Source: Azolla caroliniana
Taxonomy: Eukaryota > Plantae > Polypodiophyta
Assembly: GCA_043228905.1 (NCBI GenBank)
Contig: JBHGNT010000009.1
Coordinates: forward strand, 3,100,001 to 3,164,000
Length of the DNA: 64,000 bases
Direction: 5' to 3'
Shown here piece after piece: positions 52,231 to 64,000 of this stretch; the first letter of the stretch is position 1, and the number at the start of each line of letters is the position of its first letter. The notes under the pieces were generated by a model. The model saw only the letters and a list, made by a program, of their open reading frames with translations, was not told where the DNA came from and searched no databases. Position numbers and translations under genes: made by a program.

Positions 52231-54351
52231 ATCCTCCCGGTTCTCGCCACCGAGGGATTCGCGGTTTCTCTCGTGGTTCGCCGCACCGTCAGAAACTGAA
52301 CCGAATGGCGCCTGTCCTGGCTTTTGACCCTTGCGTAGGCCGACCCGTTGTCCAGCACTTTGGTCTCCATCCGCGCCGCCGTGATGTATGGTTCCCCTAA
52401 TATGACCGGGTGCGAGGACGTCTCCTATACGAAGAAGTGCTGGTCAATCTCGACATCGCCGATCTTGACTCGCACGTTCGGGCAGGCCCCATGCAGTTCC
52501 TCGGTGGCGCGGGTCGCCGCCCGTATCTTCCACCCGTGCTTGGTGTTGATCGGCCACTTTCCCTTCTTATAGAAGTCCATGGACATCAGGTTTATTTCCG
52601 AACCGTGGTCCACCAACGCCACCACCAGTTCCTGAACCTCTCCAATCTTTACCGGGGTCTCCGTGGTTGCTTGGACCCAGTGTGGCCTCGAATAGTGGCT
52701 CTCCGCCCACTCATCTGCCAGCGCCGAGTCGTCGATGTGCGTCGTCCGCACCTCTACCGGTCTTTCCGGATCCGTCTCCGTCGACAGCCTCTTCCGTTTC
52801 ACCAAGTCTACAATGGAGTCGTGGAACTCCTTCTTGGCGATCCCTAACACCTCTCGCAATGACAGCTCCACTTTTCTGTCGAGGATCCGTTCTTCTAGGA
52901 CCTTTCGTAGGTCCGTAGTCCTTTCTATCTCCGTCCCCAGTCGGTATCCGCCCTTCCTTGGGTTGTCTTGCGAGCTGGACCCGCCGGCATCGTTCCATCG
53001 TTGCCCGAATCGGGTCTCGTACCGTTGTGAGGGCCCCGCCACTCCGGCTTTCCCCACTCGCTTGTCTTCTACCAGAGCCTCGTAGTTCTGGCAGGCGGCT
53101 TCTACGAAGCCCGTCTTCTCCTCGACCGGATCGCTCCACCCGGTTATTTCCCGGACCTGTCTCTCAGCACAGTCCGTTTCGTCTTTCCTTGGCCGTGCGC
53201 CGGCAAGACCTTCCAGCATTGCCGACCAGAATCCGTCTTTGCCCTCCTTTCGGGCCTCGCTGCCCCCGACCCGAATGCCGACCGACGCCGAGTAGTGGAT
53301 GGCCTCCACGTGTCGGGCCGCTGCCTCTTCCATCAGTCTCTTCATACCTCCTCGTCCGTCGTTTCGGTTTAGGGCCCTTCTGGTGTGGCCGGCGTGCACC
53401 CGGCCTTCCCACAGGTACACCACCCGGCTCCTCAACGCTTCTGCGAAATCGCCGCAGTCCTTCCGGATGTGGCCGACCTCGTCGCACCACATGCACCTGT
53501 TCCCTACTGCCGGCCGTCGGTCACGAGCTGGTTCGCCGCCTTCCCTTCGAGTCTGGGTGATCTGGAGATCCTTTATCGCCTGCGTCAACTCCTCCAGCGT
53601 TGCTCCTCCGGACGAGCCATTGACCATGCCGGTCGAAGCCGAACCGGTTTCGAGCCATTCCCGGGTTTCTTCCCTTCGTACTTTCGGTGTCGGTTCAAGC
53701 CTCCTTGCTATAACAGAGCCCGCACCGGCCGCCCCGTTGTCAGCCCATTCTCGTCGTTTGTCGAAACGGCCACAGACTCTCTTAACCGCAGCCCAGTTGG
53801 TTGTCAACCCGTCTTCGGTTTCCAGCAAGGAGCCGACTTGATCCCGGGTCCCGCTCGTCCATCGACTTGACGAACAGTAGGACCTGGCTCGTATCCAGGA
53901 TAGTTCAGTCAAGCGCCGAAAGGCGCGCAAAGCGTTCTTCGAACTCCCGGAGGAGTGCCGACGCGTTTCTTCCTTTGCCGGGGGACTCCACCCATTCCAT
54001 GAAGTCCTGTTTCGAAAGCCGAAGCGCGTCGTCCAGCCCATATTTCTCTAGGAGTCGGCCTTCGAACTCCTCCCAGGTACGGCTCTCCGCCCGTACCTCG
54101 AGCACCTCCGCATGGATGCTCGGCATCGCCACTCGAGGGAACCCGGCAAGACGCCTCTCTTCCGAAATGTCCCGCATCAGCATTTCCGCCCCGTAGGATG
54201 CCAAATACTTCGTAGCATCCTTTCCGCTAAAACGGCCGATCGTACCGACAACCTCCTCAATGGCTCTGTCGAGGGCGCCGGTGCCCTCGCGTGTGCTCAA
54301 TATCCGATCCACGGCCGAAGCTATGGCCTCCGCAAGATCCGACCCCCTCAT
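52225..54351 (-). pseudogene. gag: gag-protease of element B
   Basis: ORFs 53905-54351 and 52425-54041 with CMWCDEVGHIRKDC and ALVDHGSEINLM. Confidence 0.9.
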
Positions 54352-55826
54352 CTTCTGCTCTTCTGCCGCCTGCCTCCTTCACGTCGGGTTCACAAAAGAT
54401 GTCGAAGTATTCCTCGCGGATGCGTGGAATGAGGCGGAACCTCGGGGGTCCTGTACCAAAGAGCGAGAGAGGAAGGGGAAGAACCCTCTACGTGCGAGCG
54501 TAGATCCACAGGGACACGACCCTTCGACGCAAAGACGCAAGTGGGACAGCGACACAGAAAGACACGAATGTATGTATGTATTAACAAAGACAAACAACAA
54601 GAACACGAAGACAACAAAACACGAAGTCGGTTACAACCGAACAGGCCGGCGAACAGATGTCGATACCTGTTCGTAAACGCACAGAAAGACAGGAACAGGT
54701 TGGAGGTGCTGCCGGAAGCACTCGGGCATTCCTCAGAGCAGCGCGAGCCTCCCGAAACCTACACAGAAGGAAGCTATGGAGTTTGCGAACCAGAGAGAGA
54801 GAGAGAAGCCTTCGCACGCAAACCGACAGCACTTAGTCCTCGACTCTCCGCGATCCCCCTACCCTCCTCGTCTCCCTCCTTTTATAGGCAAGGAAGGAGC
54901 CGTTTCCCCTTTACTCCCTACCTACCGAATCTACCTAGGATCTCCTACGTACAACTTAAGGCGCACGTGCATGAAGAGTCGGTTTCTACGCTCCGGCGCA
55001 CGGATTCCGCTCGTGGACGGTTTTCTTCACGACAACGTAATATAGACCATCGTATAGATATTGTACCTGGCGTTGCACCAATAAGTATACCTCCTTATCG
55101 CTTAAGTCGATCCGAAGAGGATGAGGTATCTAAGCAACTCAAGGACTATTTACGAATGGGTTATATACGTTATAGTAAATCTCCATGGGGTGCACCTATT
55201 CTCTTGATAAAAAAGAAAGAGGACACATGGCGTATGTGTATTAATTACCGACGCTTGAATAAAGTGACGATCGAGAATTCATATCCATTGCCCCTGGCTG
55301 ACGATCTAATTGACCATCTCCAGGGAGCTCGGTATTTTAGGAAACTTGATCTCCGTATGGGCTACCATCAAATTCGTATAAGTGAGGACAATGTTCCTAA
55401 AACGGCATTTCGTACACACTATGGCCATTATGAGTTTTTGGTTATGTCGTCTGGTTTGACCAATGCTCCAGCCACATTTCAACAAGAAATGAATGACATT
55501 TTTCGAGAACACTTGGAAAATTTGTCGTTATTTTCTTGGATGATATTCTAGTTTATAGTTGTACATTAGAAGAACATGCTAAACATGTCCGCTTTGTTTT
55601 ACAAACATTGCGGGACAAGCAATTCGACACGAAGATCTCAAAATGCGAGTTCTTCAAGAAATCAATTACTTATCTTGGACATCTCATAACCGAACGAGGA
55701 GTTGAAATTGATCCTTCTCGCATCAAGAAAATCAAACTTTCGCCCACTCTTTGGAATATTCGAGAAGTTCGATTATTCCTTGGTTTTGTTGGGTTTTTGT
55801 GAAAATCCCTTCGTAATTACTCCCAA

Positions 55827-57674
55827 TTGACGACGCAGTTTACTGATCTTCTAAAAGGTCAAACGTGTAAGTCTACAAAACCTATTGTGTGGAATGCTAC
55901 ACTAGACCTCGCCTTTAAGGAACTCAAGGACCTGGTGTGCAAGGCTCCTTCGCTTCTTTTACTTGATCCTTCAAAACCTTTTGAGATTGAAACTTATGCA
56001 AGCGATTTTGCTATTGGTGTTGTCTTATATCAAGATGGTAAACCAATAGCATTCGAGAGTAAGAAACTTGATTATGCTCAATGTCGGTATACCGTTCAAG
56101 AAAATGAGTTATTTGTCGTTATACATGCGCTCAAAACATGGCGCCATTATCTTTATGGAAAGTCTTTTGTGGTAACTATGGACCACGAGTCCTTGAAATA
56201 TTTGTGTGACAAACAAGACCTAGAAGGTCGTAAGGCACGATGGGTTGATCTCATGCAAGACTTCGATTTTTCCATACGATATCATAAAGGTTCCATGAAC
56301 ACTATTGTTGATGCACAAAGTCGCATCCGTGAAGTTAACATGCTTAGCTTCACTGAAATAACATCAAATCTTTATGATCACCTTCAAGGAAAGTATCCTG
56401 ATTACAGTTATTTTGCGAAATACTGGGCAAGAGTTGAGTCTGGAACAGACACCACCACATCCTCGAAGGAATACTTCCACATTGCTAATGGTCTGCACTA
56501 CCATAATGGGAAGGTTTGTGTTCCAGATTTACCTGAGGTTAAAAAGAGAATTCTTTTTGAATGCCATGATGCACCCTCAACAGGGCACCCTAGAATAAAT
56601 CGTACACCTGTTCTCATCTCCACTCAATTCTATTGGCCTAAGATGCGTCTTGACATAGATAGCTATGTGACTAAATGTCACGAATGTCAGGTTAACAAAG
56701 TCGAGCAACTTAAACCTGCAAGACTTTTACATCCCTTGGACATTCCCAATAATAAGTGGGAAAATATATCCATGGATTTTATTGTTAGCCTTCCTCGCAC
56801 CCAAAAAGGCCATGATGTCATCTGGGTTGTGGTTGATAGACTAACTAAAATGGCCAGATTTATTGCTACTAAAACCATGGTAACATCTCCTGAATTGGCT
56901 TACCAATTCGTTGACGAGTTATTTTGTTTTTATGGGTTATCAATGGATATCGTGAGTGATCGAGATCCAAAGTTTACTAGTGACTTCTAGACGCAAGTCT
57001 TTAAGAAGTTAGAAACTACATTGAGCATGAGCTCCACGGATCATCCTCAATCCGATGGACAGACAGAATGAGTAAATCAAAGTATTGAGGATATGCTTCG
57101 AGCATACATTGGTGCAAAACCAACAAAAGGGGAATGTTATCTCCCAATTTTGGAGTTTGCTTATAACAGCTCCAAGCATACGTCAACGGGATATAGTCCT
57201 TTTATGTTGATGTTTGGTTTTCAGCCACGAGCCCTGATTGATGTTAATATACATCATGATGAGTTGCGAAGTACGCAAATCTTTCTTCGGGATATGTTGC
57301 ATATTGCACGAGATAATATAAAAACAGCTCAAGATAGAGCACGTTTTTACGCCGATCATAATAGGCAACCTCGTGCATTCAACCCTGCACAGAAGGTATT
57401 TTTACGTGTACCTCACAATTCTAAGACTTTGTCTACGGGTAAGTGCGCTAAGTTAGCCCCACGGTTTTGTGGACCTTTTCAAGTCCTCAAACGCATTGGT
57501 TCATCAGCCTATCGTCTCGCTCTTCCCGATGGCGTTGAAATTCATCTAGTTTTTCATGTAAGTTGTCTAAAAGAACTTCTAAGTTCTGGTGACAATACAT
57601 TTACAACTGAAACTCTGGTTACTTCTAAAGAATTATATTCTAAACCACATGTACTAGAAAGAATTATATTCTAA
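55827..57674 (+). pseudogene. pol: RNase H-integrase of chromovirus C1
   Basis: ETYASDFAIG, TWRHYLYG, HHCC, VSDRDPKF, FCGPF. Confidence 0.9.
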
Positions 57675-58564
57675 ACCACATGTACCAGAAAGAATTCTCG
57701 ATATTAAAACAAAAAATCTACGTACAAAAATAATCCAAGAATTTAAAATTAAATGGATGGATAAATCTATCAAAGATGCCACATGGGAACGCAAAAATAC
57801 TCTTAGAACTAACTTCCTTAACTTTCCATTGCAAGAGTGCAATGTTTTAAAGAGGGGGAGTATGTTACGGGCATGACCATATATATAATATCCTGTGGTG
57901 ACAATTTACCGTAGTATTCTATACACGTGGATAAGTGTGAGGGTTAAACGAGAGTGTAAAGAAGGGTAAGATTACTTTTAATCCTCAGGATTGAGACAAC
58001 CCATTAGGCCAAGTGTGAACTTGCCTAGGGGCCTTGGGTATCGCTATAAATATGAGTCCTAGCTTACATTAGATCATAACTCTAACAACCTCCACCCCCG
58101 ATCAAACCTGAAGGCGAACCTGAGTACGAGGTTGTTGCCATCCTCGACTCCAAGATTGTTTGCAACAAGCTCTATTATTTGGTCGATTGGTTAGGATATA
58201 GTCCAAACGAGCGTACTTAGGAACCAGTGACAAATTTGGCGAATGCTCAAGCTCTTCTTGAAGACTTCTATTGTCAATATCCGAACAAACCAGGTCCTCA
58301 ATCAAAGACGACGAGTGTTGTGATATGGCATGGTATGGCTCGAAAAGGATTCGAACCCATGACTTTGTGTCACATGGGTTGAACCCTTACCATTAAACTA
58401 TGCATTGTCATACGAAAAATATTATTTTCATTTATTATTTCGTGACCATAAATTCATGTATAACTCTAGAACATTCTAGAAACTTCAGGAGTACTATAAT
58501 CTTCTTTTCCCTTCTAGTAAGTTGTTACAGTACAAGAAATATGACTGAGGTTCGAAACCTAGTT

Positions 58565-59640
58565 TTTTTTCTTTTTCCATAAAAATATGCTCCATTGGTA
58601 TTAATATATTGGAACAAGGAGAAGTTATCCTTAGCAGGGCGTGTAGTTGTAGCTAACTCAGTGCTCTTGTCTTCGATTTGGCATATAGCATCTACCTGGC
58701 TGTTGTCTAGGTCAATAATGCTTAAAGTTCAACGCCTTATACGTAATTTCATTTGGGGGAACACTATTGCAGACAATTCTGTAGCAAAGGTAGCTTGGTC
58801 TGTTCTTATACAATCTAAACAGAAAGGAGGTCTAGGTTTGATTGACCCTTTTATGCAAAGTAAAGCCTTAATTGCTAAACATGTTGTTAGGAGTTTATTG
58901 CCAGGTGATGAGTTATGGAAAAAGCTATGGATTCAGCACTTACATAAGGTCAAGCCCTCAGTAGGAGGGCAATGGCATGATAGTCTTAGGTGGTTTTTTA
59001 ATTCAGATTTTCCATTACCTAAGTCCAATGTTGGATCATTACGTTTCTTTAGTGGAATTTTTCGAGCATGGGAAACTCTGCGGCAAGCACTTGTTTTCTT
59101 GCCACCGAAAAATTATCATCAATTCATGTGTCAACCTTTGATATGGAATCCTTTATTTACGGACGAAGCTGCATGTGTTTTGGGTCTACGACCGAGGTTA
59201 TTTTGGCCGGCAATGGACAGTGGGCTAGCCCGTACAGTTGTGGATTGGATAAAGTTTCTACAAACTTCAGCACACGACCAAAAGAGTATGTTGTCTAATT
59301 TAAGAGGGGCAAGGATAATGGTCTCTCAATTGTCCATGGTGTATCAGGTCACACTACCAACTTTGCAATTTGATTATGTTCAAAGTTGGTACGGTATGTT
59401 TTCGACATTTAATATACTAATAGGAGCTCGTTTATATCATCATAATGGCAATTTTAATTGTTATGAAGTTTTGGACAATGGTAGATTGATATTAGTGGCG
59501 GAGGAGTCTTCAATTATGTCCAATGCAAAGCAGTTGCCAATGAGAGTAATTGCTAGATTAGATAAAAAAATATTTTCCGATCCTAGTCCATTAATTGCTA
59601 ACTATGCATCTCATATTTGGGTTTTACACTCTAGGCCACT
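58565..59640. mobile_element. Truncated L1/Tx1-clade LINE insertion with inverted segments and 16-bp TSD
   Basis: + ORF LSLAGRVVVANSVL..KVAW..KGGLGL; TSD GGTTCGAAACCTAGTT at 58549-58564 and 59641-59656; T-tract at the left end. Confidence 0.85.
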
Positions 59641-60775
59641 GGTTCGAAACCTAGTTATCTCACCTCTCTATTACATACTTCATACATATCTCTTTTAATT
59701 CATTAAATGCCACTATGAAATGTAGGGGTTGAACCCATGACCTCCTGGTCTCCATTGGGCAACCTTACCAAGTAAGCTACATGCATTTGGGCTCTCTCTC
59801 TCTCTCTCTCCTTCTCTCACGAGTCTCCACATACTTTTTACCTTCTTAGTACTAATCCTCATTCTTCCTCTCTATCTTTAATACTAATTCTCCCTGTCTC
59901 TAATACTATCTCTGACAGTGGTGGAGGCAGGGAAGGAAATGATATGGATGAAGAACTTTCTCAGTGAACTGGGTATGAAGCAAGAAAGATTATTGCTCCA
60001 CTGTGATAATCAAAGTGCCATACATCTAGCTAAGAACATTGGGTATCACTCTCGGACCAAGCACATACGGAGGAGGTATCAGTGGTTGCGAGAGAAGGAG
60101 GAGACAAAATTTACCCTTGTGAAGATCCATACTGACAATAATGGATCTGACATGCTCAACCTACCTATGGACAAACTCAGAGTTAGTCGACAGAAGACCG
60201 GAATGTCCGACTCTGCCAATAGGAGTGAAGTGGGTGTTTGTTAGGAATATGTCCCTCCTATGGAAGGAGTCGACAGTCAAAGTCGAGGAAGAAGTCGGCA
60301 GTCGGATCAAACAGCGAGTCGACTAGGAGAGTCAACATGCAGAGTCGACTGTGTTGGATAAATGGTCCAAGTCTAAGATGAGACCGACTAGTCAGGTTGA
60401 CGGGATAGTCAACACAAGAGTCGACTAGTCGAGCCGATTAGACAGTCAACACAAGAGTCGATCAATCGGTTGTTTAACTGAGATTATTATCTAATAGTAA
60501 TAATAATAACCGTTATATTTGTAAATAGCCCATACTATGTATGAGTATAAATACACCCAAGGGAAACAGAAGTAGCATTGAACATAACAAAGTGTGTCTG
60601 TACAGAGTGCAATAGAGTTCGAGAGAGAGTAGGAAAAGAGTAGGAAGAGAAAGGAGAGTGTAAGTGTGAGTGTGCACGATACCTCTGTCATTGTGAATCT
60701 CTGTTTCCACGTGGTTTTCTTCCCACTTTAGGTTTCCACGTTAAATACTCTGTACTACTGTGCATTCTGTGTATA

Positions 60776-63638
60776 ACACGTTCGCGTTCACAAGTGGAAG
60801 GATCGCGCATAAATGGAAGGATAAGGGTAATTTTAGGGGTTTTTCAATGATTTTACAAAACACATTGATACCAGTATCATACAAGTTCAAACATACTATG
60901 AAAAAGGTTAAAAATCCACTATTTTCGTGATTTAGAAGTAACTAAAAAAAGACGAATTTCAAAAACGTACATTCTCAATTTATATCAAAAACTTTACAAC
61001 CAATGTTATTTTATAAGAAACGATTTTTGGGAAATCATAAGAATTCAAAACACATGATTTTATATTACTCGATTTGTTACAAGCGGAATGTAGTTACACT
61101 TAATAGCCAAATATACATTCATGATAGAGTCCTTTACGGAGAATCACTACTATAACTAATATACAATGACGATTCCTCCTCATCATCCTCGGATGTACCA
61201 ATCAGTGCATTATCTTCGTCATAAACCAAATGGTTTGACTCTAGATTATATGTAGCAGATCTCGTTTGCCTTTGACTCGAGCCACCTTGTAGACCTGATA
61301 ATTTTTCTTTTATTATATCTATTGTTGACTTCCTCAATCGTTCGGCTTTTGTAAGTGTGAAGTCGTACACGATGATATCCACATCAGAGATATCAAGGGT
61401 CGAGGTGTTACGAATGTTTCGCTTCCTCTTCCTACCTCCCCTTCTTGTTTGGCATTCAATCATCTCCAATGTATACTTACCTGTAAAAGCATTTGCACTT
61501 CTAGTGTTGTACCAATGAACATTTATAGACTTGATCGTGTTTTCTATTTCATGCATTAGCACTTCTAGAATTTTACCAACCCAAAATTGGTGGCCATGTG
61601 AGTTCTCATCAGCCGGCGTTGCAATCAACATCCCCGCGGTGAGCTCTTGCAAATTTCCTTGCCATCTAGCTTCGGCTGCTTTCGTCATCCTTGGTCCCAC
61701 ATAAATGTCTCTTTGTTGTGGATGGACCAAGCTGTCATTAATCGCATTTACTAGTCGCTCCGGACTTCTATTTACGCGATCATGTTGCAGCGACCATGTG
61801 AATGGCGTTTCCAAATTCCAATTATCAACAGATACACAATTGTCTATAATTTCATTCTGATCACTATAAAATACATCCCACCATGACGTGTCTTGTTGTG
61901 CGGCATATTTCTTGGCGGCCTCAATATGCTTTCTTTTTTCTTCTAAGGCTTGGAGCCATGACCGTTTTTGTTCTGATACCAAGTCGCTCTGCAACTGTCC
62001 TTTCTTCTCAATTGGCATTTGCTTAGCTCCATGGACAATTGTACTCGGCATACAAAGTAATAACTGGCAACCACCTTCAAGTTCCCATGTTGTAGAAGAT
62101 GAATATTGTTTAGCATACAAAAGTGTAGAACCACTTATTCCATTTTTCTTTATCAAAAACATGTGATTGAAACTTATATTGTTTAACTGAGCAAGCACTT
62201 TAACATTCCCACCACCCCCATCTAATATATATCTCTTAAAGTCATATACCTCCTTCAAGTGTAACACTTTTGGGCGTGGTGTATATGCATCACAAATGAC
62301 ATCAAATAGTTTAGGTAAAGTGAAAGCATCATGCCGAGACAACTGTCTGGAGAATGTGCTAAACATCTGATCTATATGGTCATGTGTGTGGCCAACCAAA
62401 AGGAAATTGACTTTCACTTTCCTAAACAATTCTAGGTTGACCAACATACTTAGATAGCCAAATACAGTTGAATTTTTGTTCTCTCTAGCAGTATTGTCCA
62501 ATTGAATGTATAGAACAGGGGGGAAAGGTTGTCCCCAAGACATCAAAACTCGGTGAATCACTGTAACTGTTAGGTTAGGGTCATTGTGAACATTGGGGTA
62601 AGTAATGAAGACGTGAGGTCGAACAGACCTATTATAAGCCAAGCATCCCACCAAGTGCATTTGAACAAGGCACTCATCATTGACATCTTTGGGGAGCCTC
62701 CGCATATGCGGCAAGCATGTCTTCTTCTAGTCCATGCCATCTATCATTAAGCACATGTATTGTTCAGGCCTCTTCAAACACTTCTCTCTATGATGCATCG
62801 CCTTCCTTCGTTCTAAGGATTGTGCCTCACGATGCTCTTGTAGTAACTTCTTACTCGTATCCTTTTCCATTGATGTCTTTGCACCTTTAGCCAAACTTTT
62901 AAGATTTGCACAAATGGAGCAATACCCCATACGTACTTTACGAGGAATAATAACATTTGAAAACCGAGCTCTCCATAATCTTGTGAATTGGCTATAGGTG
63001 ATAGACTTATTACGTGAGCCCAGCATTTCAGATCGATAGACATCATAAACTTCCCGACGGGTATAATTATCAGAAAGATGCATCCTACCTGTAGTGGGCA
63101 TTACTTCACAATTTAACTGAAAGTAAGTTTTCATCCAGCCAATAGCTAGTCTTCCAATTGCACCTTTCATACTTGGAACCTCTTTACAATTGAGCATTTG
63201 ATCCCCGCTAAGTAGACGTTGTTGTACTCTATGTAGCCGCATGTTACTAACACATAACGCAATTTTGAATGCAACTCTACATATCTGTTGCGCATGGAAG
63301 ATATAATACTCGAATGATACTTTGATCCCCGTACATTTGTCAGATACTAGTTGCATATGTGATCCGAGGTAAGTGTCTTGCTCATCACCGGTCATCGAAA
63401 AATAGTATCGCCTTAATTCTCGCAACTTTGATTTTCCAATCATAGACATACAACCACGGGCACAACATATTTTGTTGACATCAAATCCAATCTGTTTATG
63501 TGATGTCACCAAGCTAAATCTAGCTAGACGAATTCTTCGTGGGATTCTTCTAATATGCATAGGGCTCCCAGATTTCTCTTCCTGCTTAGAGGTTGGTGTA
63601 ACCTTGTTACAGTCTAATTCTCTGTTCTGACCATCGCC
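60776..63638 (-). mobile_element. Sola1-like / DUF7869-type DNA transposon; 5' part interrupted by an LTR
   Basis: Transposase motifs IDGMD, IQLDNTARENKN, VGHTHDHIDQ, CSIC; starts where the Copia 3' LTR breaks off. Confidence 0.7.
61134..63560 (-). pseudogene. Transposase, ~800 aa, single in-frame TAG at 62727-62729
   Basis: ORFs 62727-63560 and 61134-62714 join in frame (IDGMD*KKTCLPHM). Confidence 0.8.
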
Positions 63639-64000
63639 TGTAAGGAATAGACGCTTCTATTCACCTTCACCGCTCGGCCACAACCGAGTAAGCACGAATC
63701 AATGGAGCAGAAAATAGGAACCACAAAGAGAAACAAAACGCGAGCACACAGGGATTAACGTGGAAAACCCTAGACGGGAAAAACCACGGGAGTACAAGAC
63801 TCCAAACCAACACTATACAGAGAAGTATACAATGGCGAGCTGCAAGGCGACGACCTTGAGCTCGCTGTCCTCGCCACAGGCGGCGGAAATACACAGAGGC
63901 GTCTACCTCTTCCTCTCTCGCGCTCTGTCTCTCTCTCTCTCACGGCTGCTCTCTCTTCACTCCTCTTGAGTGGAAAAACAGAAAAATGAGTAGCAACAGC
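63639..64000 (-). mobile_element. LTR (Copia-like), runs off the window
   Basis: Starts TGTAAG; carries reverse complement of the GTGGTTTT..GTTTCCACGTTAA motif of the Copia LTRs at ~40410 and ~60710. Confidence 0.6.

Larger units (their letters stand above)
48069..55034 (-). mobile_element. Near full-length Trp-primed Gypsy element (B); 635-bp LTRs 48069-48703 and 54400-55034
   Basis: Near-identical LTRs (about a dozen substitutions by eye), TSD ACGT, PBS, PPT, gag-PR-RT-RH-IN; host PPKR|NIDH restored on removal. Confidence 0.97.
43940..58087 (+). mobile_element. Full-span Met-primed chromovirus (C1); LTRs 43940-44394 and 57863-58087
   Basis: TSD ACCTC; PBS TGGTATCAAAGC; gag ~46830, PR, RT 55035-55800, RNase H/IN 55827-57670, chromodomain (ERILD..KWMD..DATWE), PPT AAGAGGGGGAG. 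Confidence 0.95.
41830..59917 (+). mobile_element. 3' half of a Tcn1-like chromovirus (D): RNase H-IN-chromodomain, LTR 58316-59917
   Basis: [31 protein letters not shown], chromodomain 58100-58290; LTR homologous to 33457-33880 at both ends. Confidence 0.85.
39928..60775 (+). mobile_element. Ty1/Copia element, internally deleted, hosting nested Gypsy elements; LTRs 39928-~40533 and 60239-60775 (truncated)
   Basis: Similar LTRs, PBS TGGTATCAGAGC 40535-40546, gag (NFDWKIKMEDLL, CFYCGKHGH), PR (IDSGASFH), WHKRLGH; RNase H 59918-60244 (CDNQSAI, HSRTKHI); IN and RT missing. Confidence 0.9.

Noticed and set aside
54541-55551. 336-aa ORF with novel N-terminus fused to RT
   Set aside because: Chance read-through from the antisense strand of B's LTR into the interrupted RT of C1.

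Overview
Eukaryotic, repeat-saturated DNA, probably heterochromatin of a non-seed land plant (inferred from a plant SMO1 fragment, plant tRNA-Trp/Met primer sites, Tcn1-like chromoviruses and Sola-like transposases). No intact host gene is present. The window is a stack of nested, mostly decayed transposons: an APE-RT LINE with a (TTTC)n tail; several tRNA-Trp-primed non-chromo Gypsy elements with 4-bp TSDs (two near full-length at 9531-16490 and 48069-55034, gag-only relatives, a solo LTR); Tcn1/Tf1-like self-priming chromoviruses; three copies of a tRNA-Met-primed chromovirus with a ~2.4-kb leader; a Copia element; an L1 fragment; two Sola-like DNA transposons; and an intronless sterol C4-methyl oxidase fragment. 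Most interesting observations: tRNA-like A/B-box cassettes fixed at the outer end of all Tcn1-like LTRs, a CpG-centred (mostly ACGT) target preference of the Trp-primed Gypsy family, a conserved putative -1 frameshift placed after protease, and a chromodomain-only mini-element whose deletion starts inside the self-primer. Boundaries were read by eye and clade names are motif-based, not database-verified.
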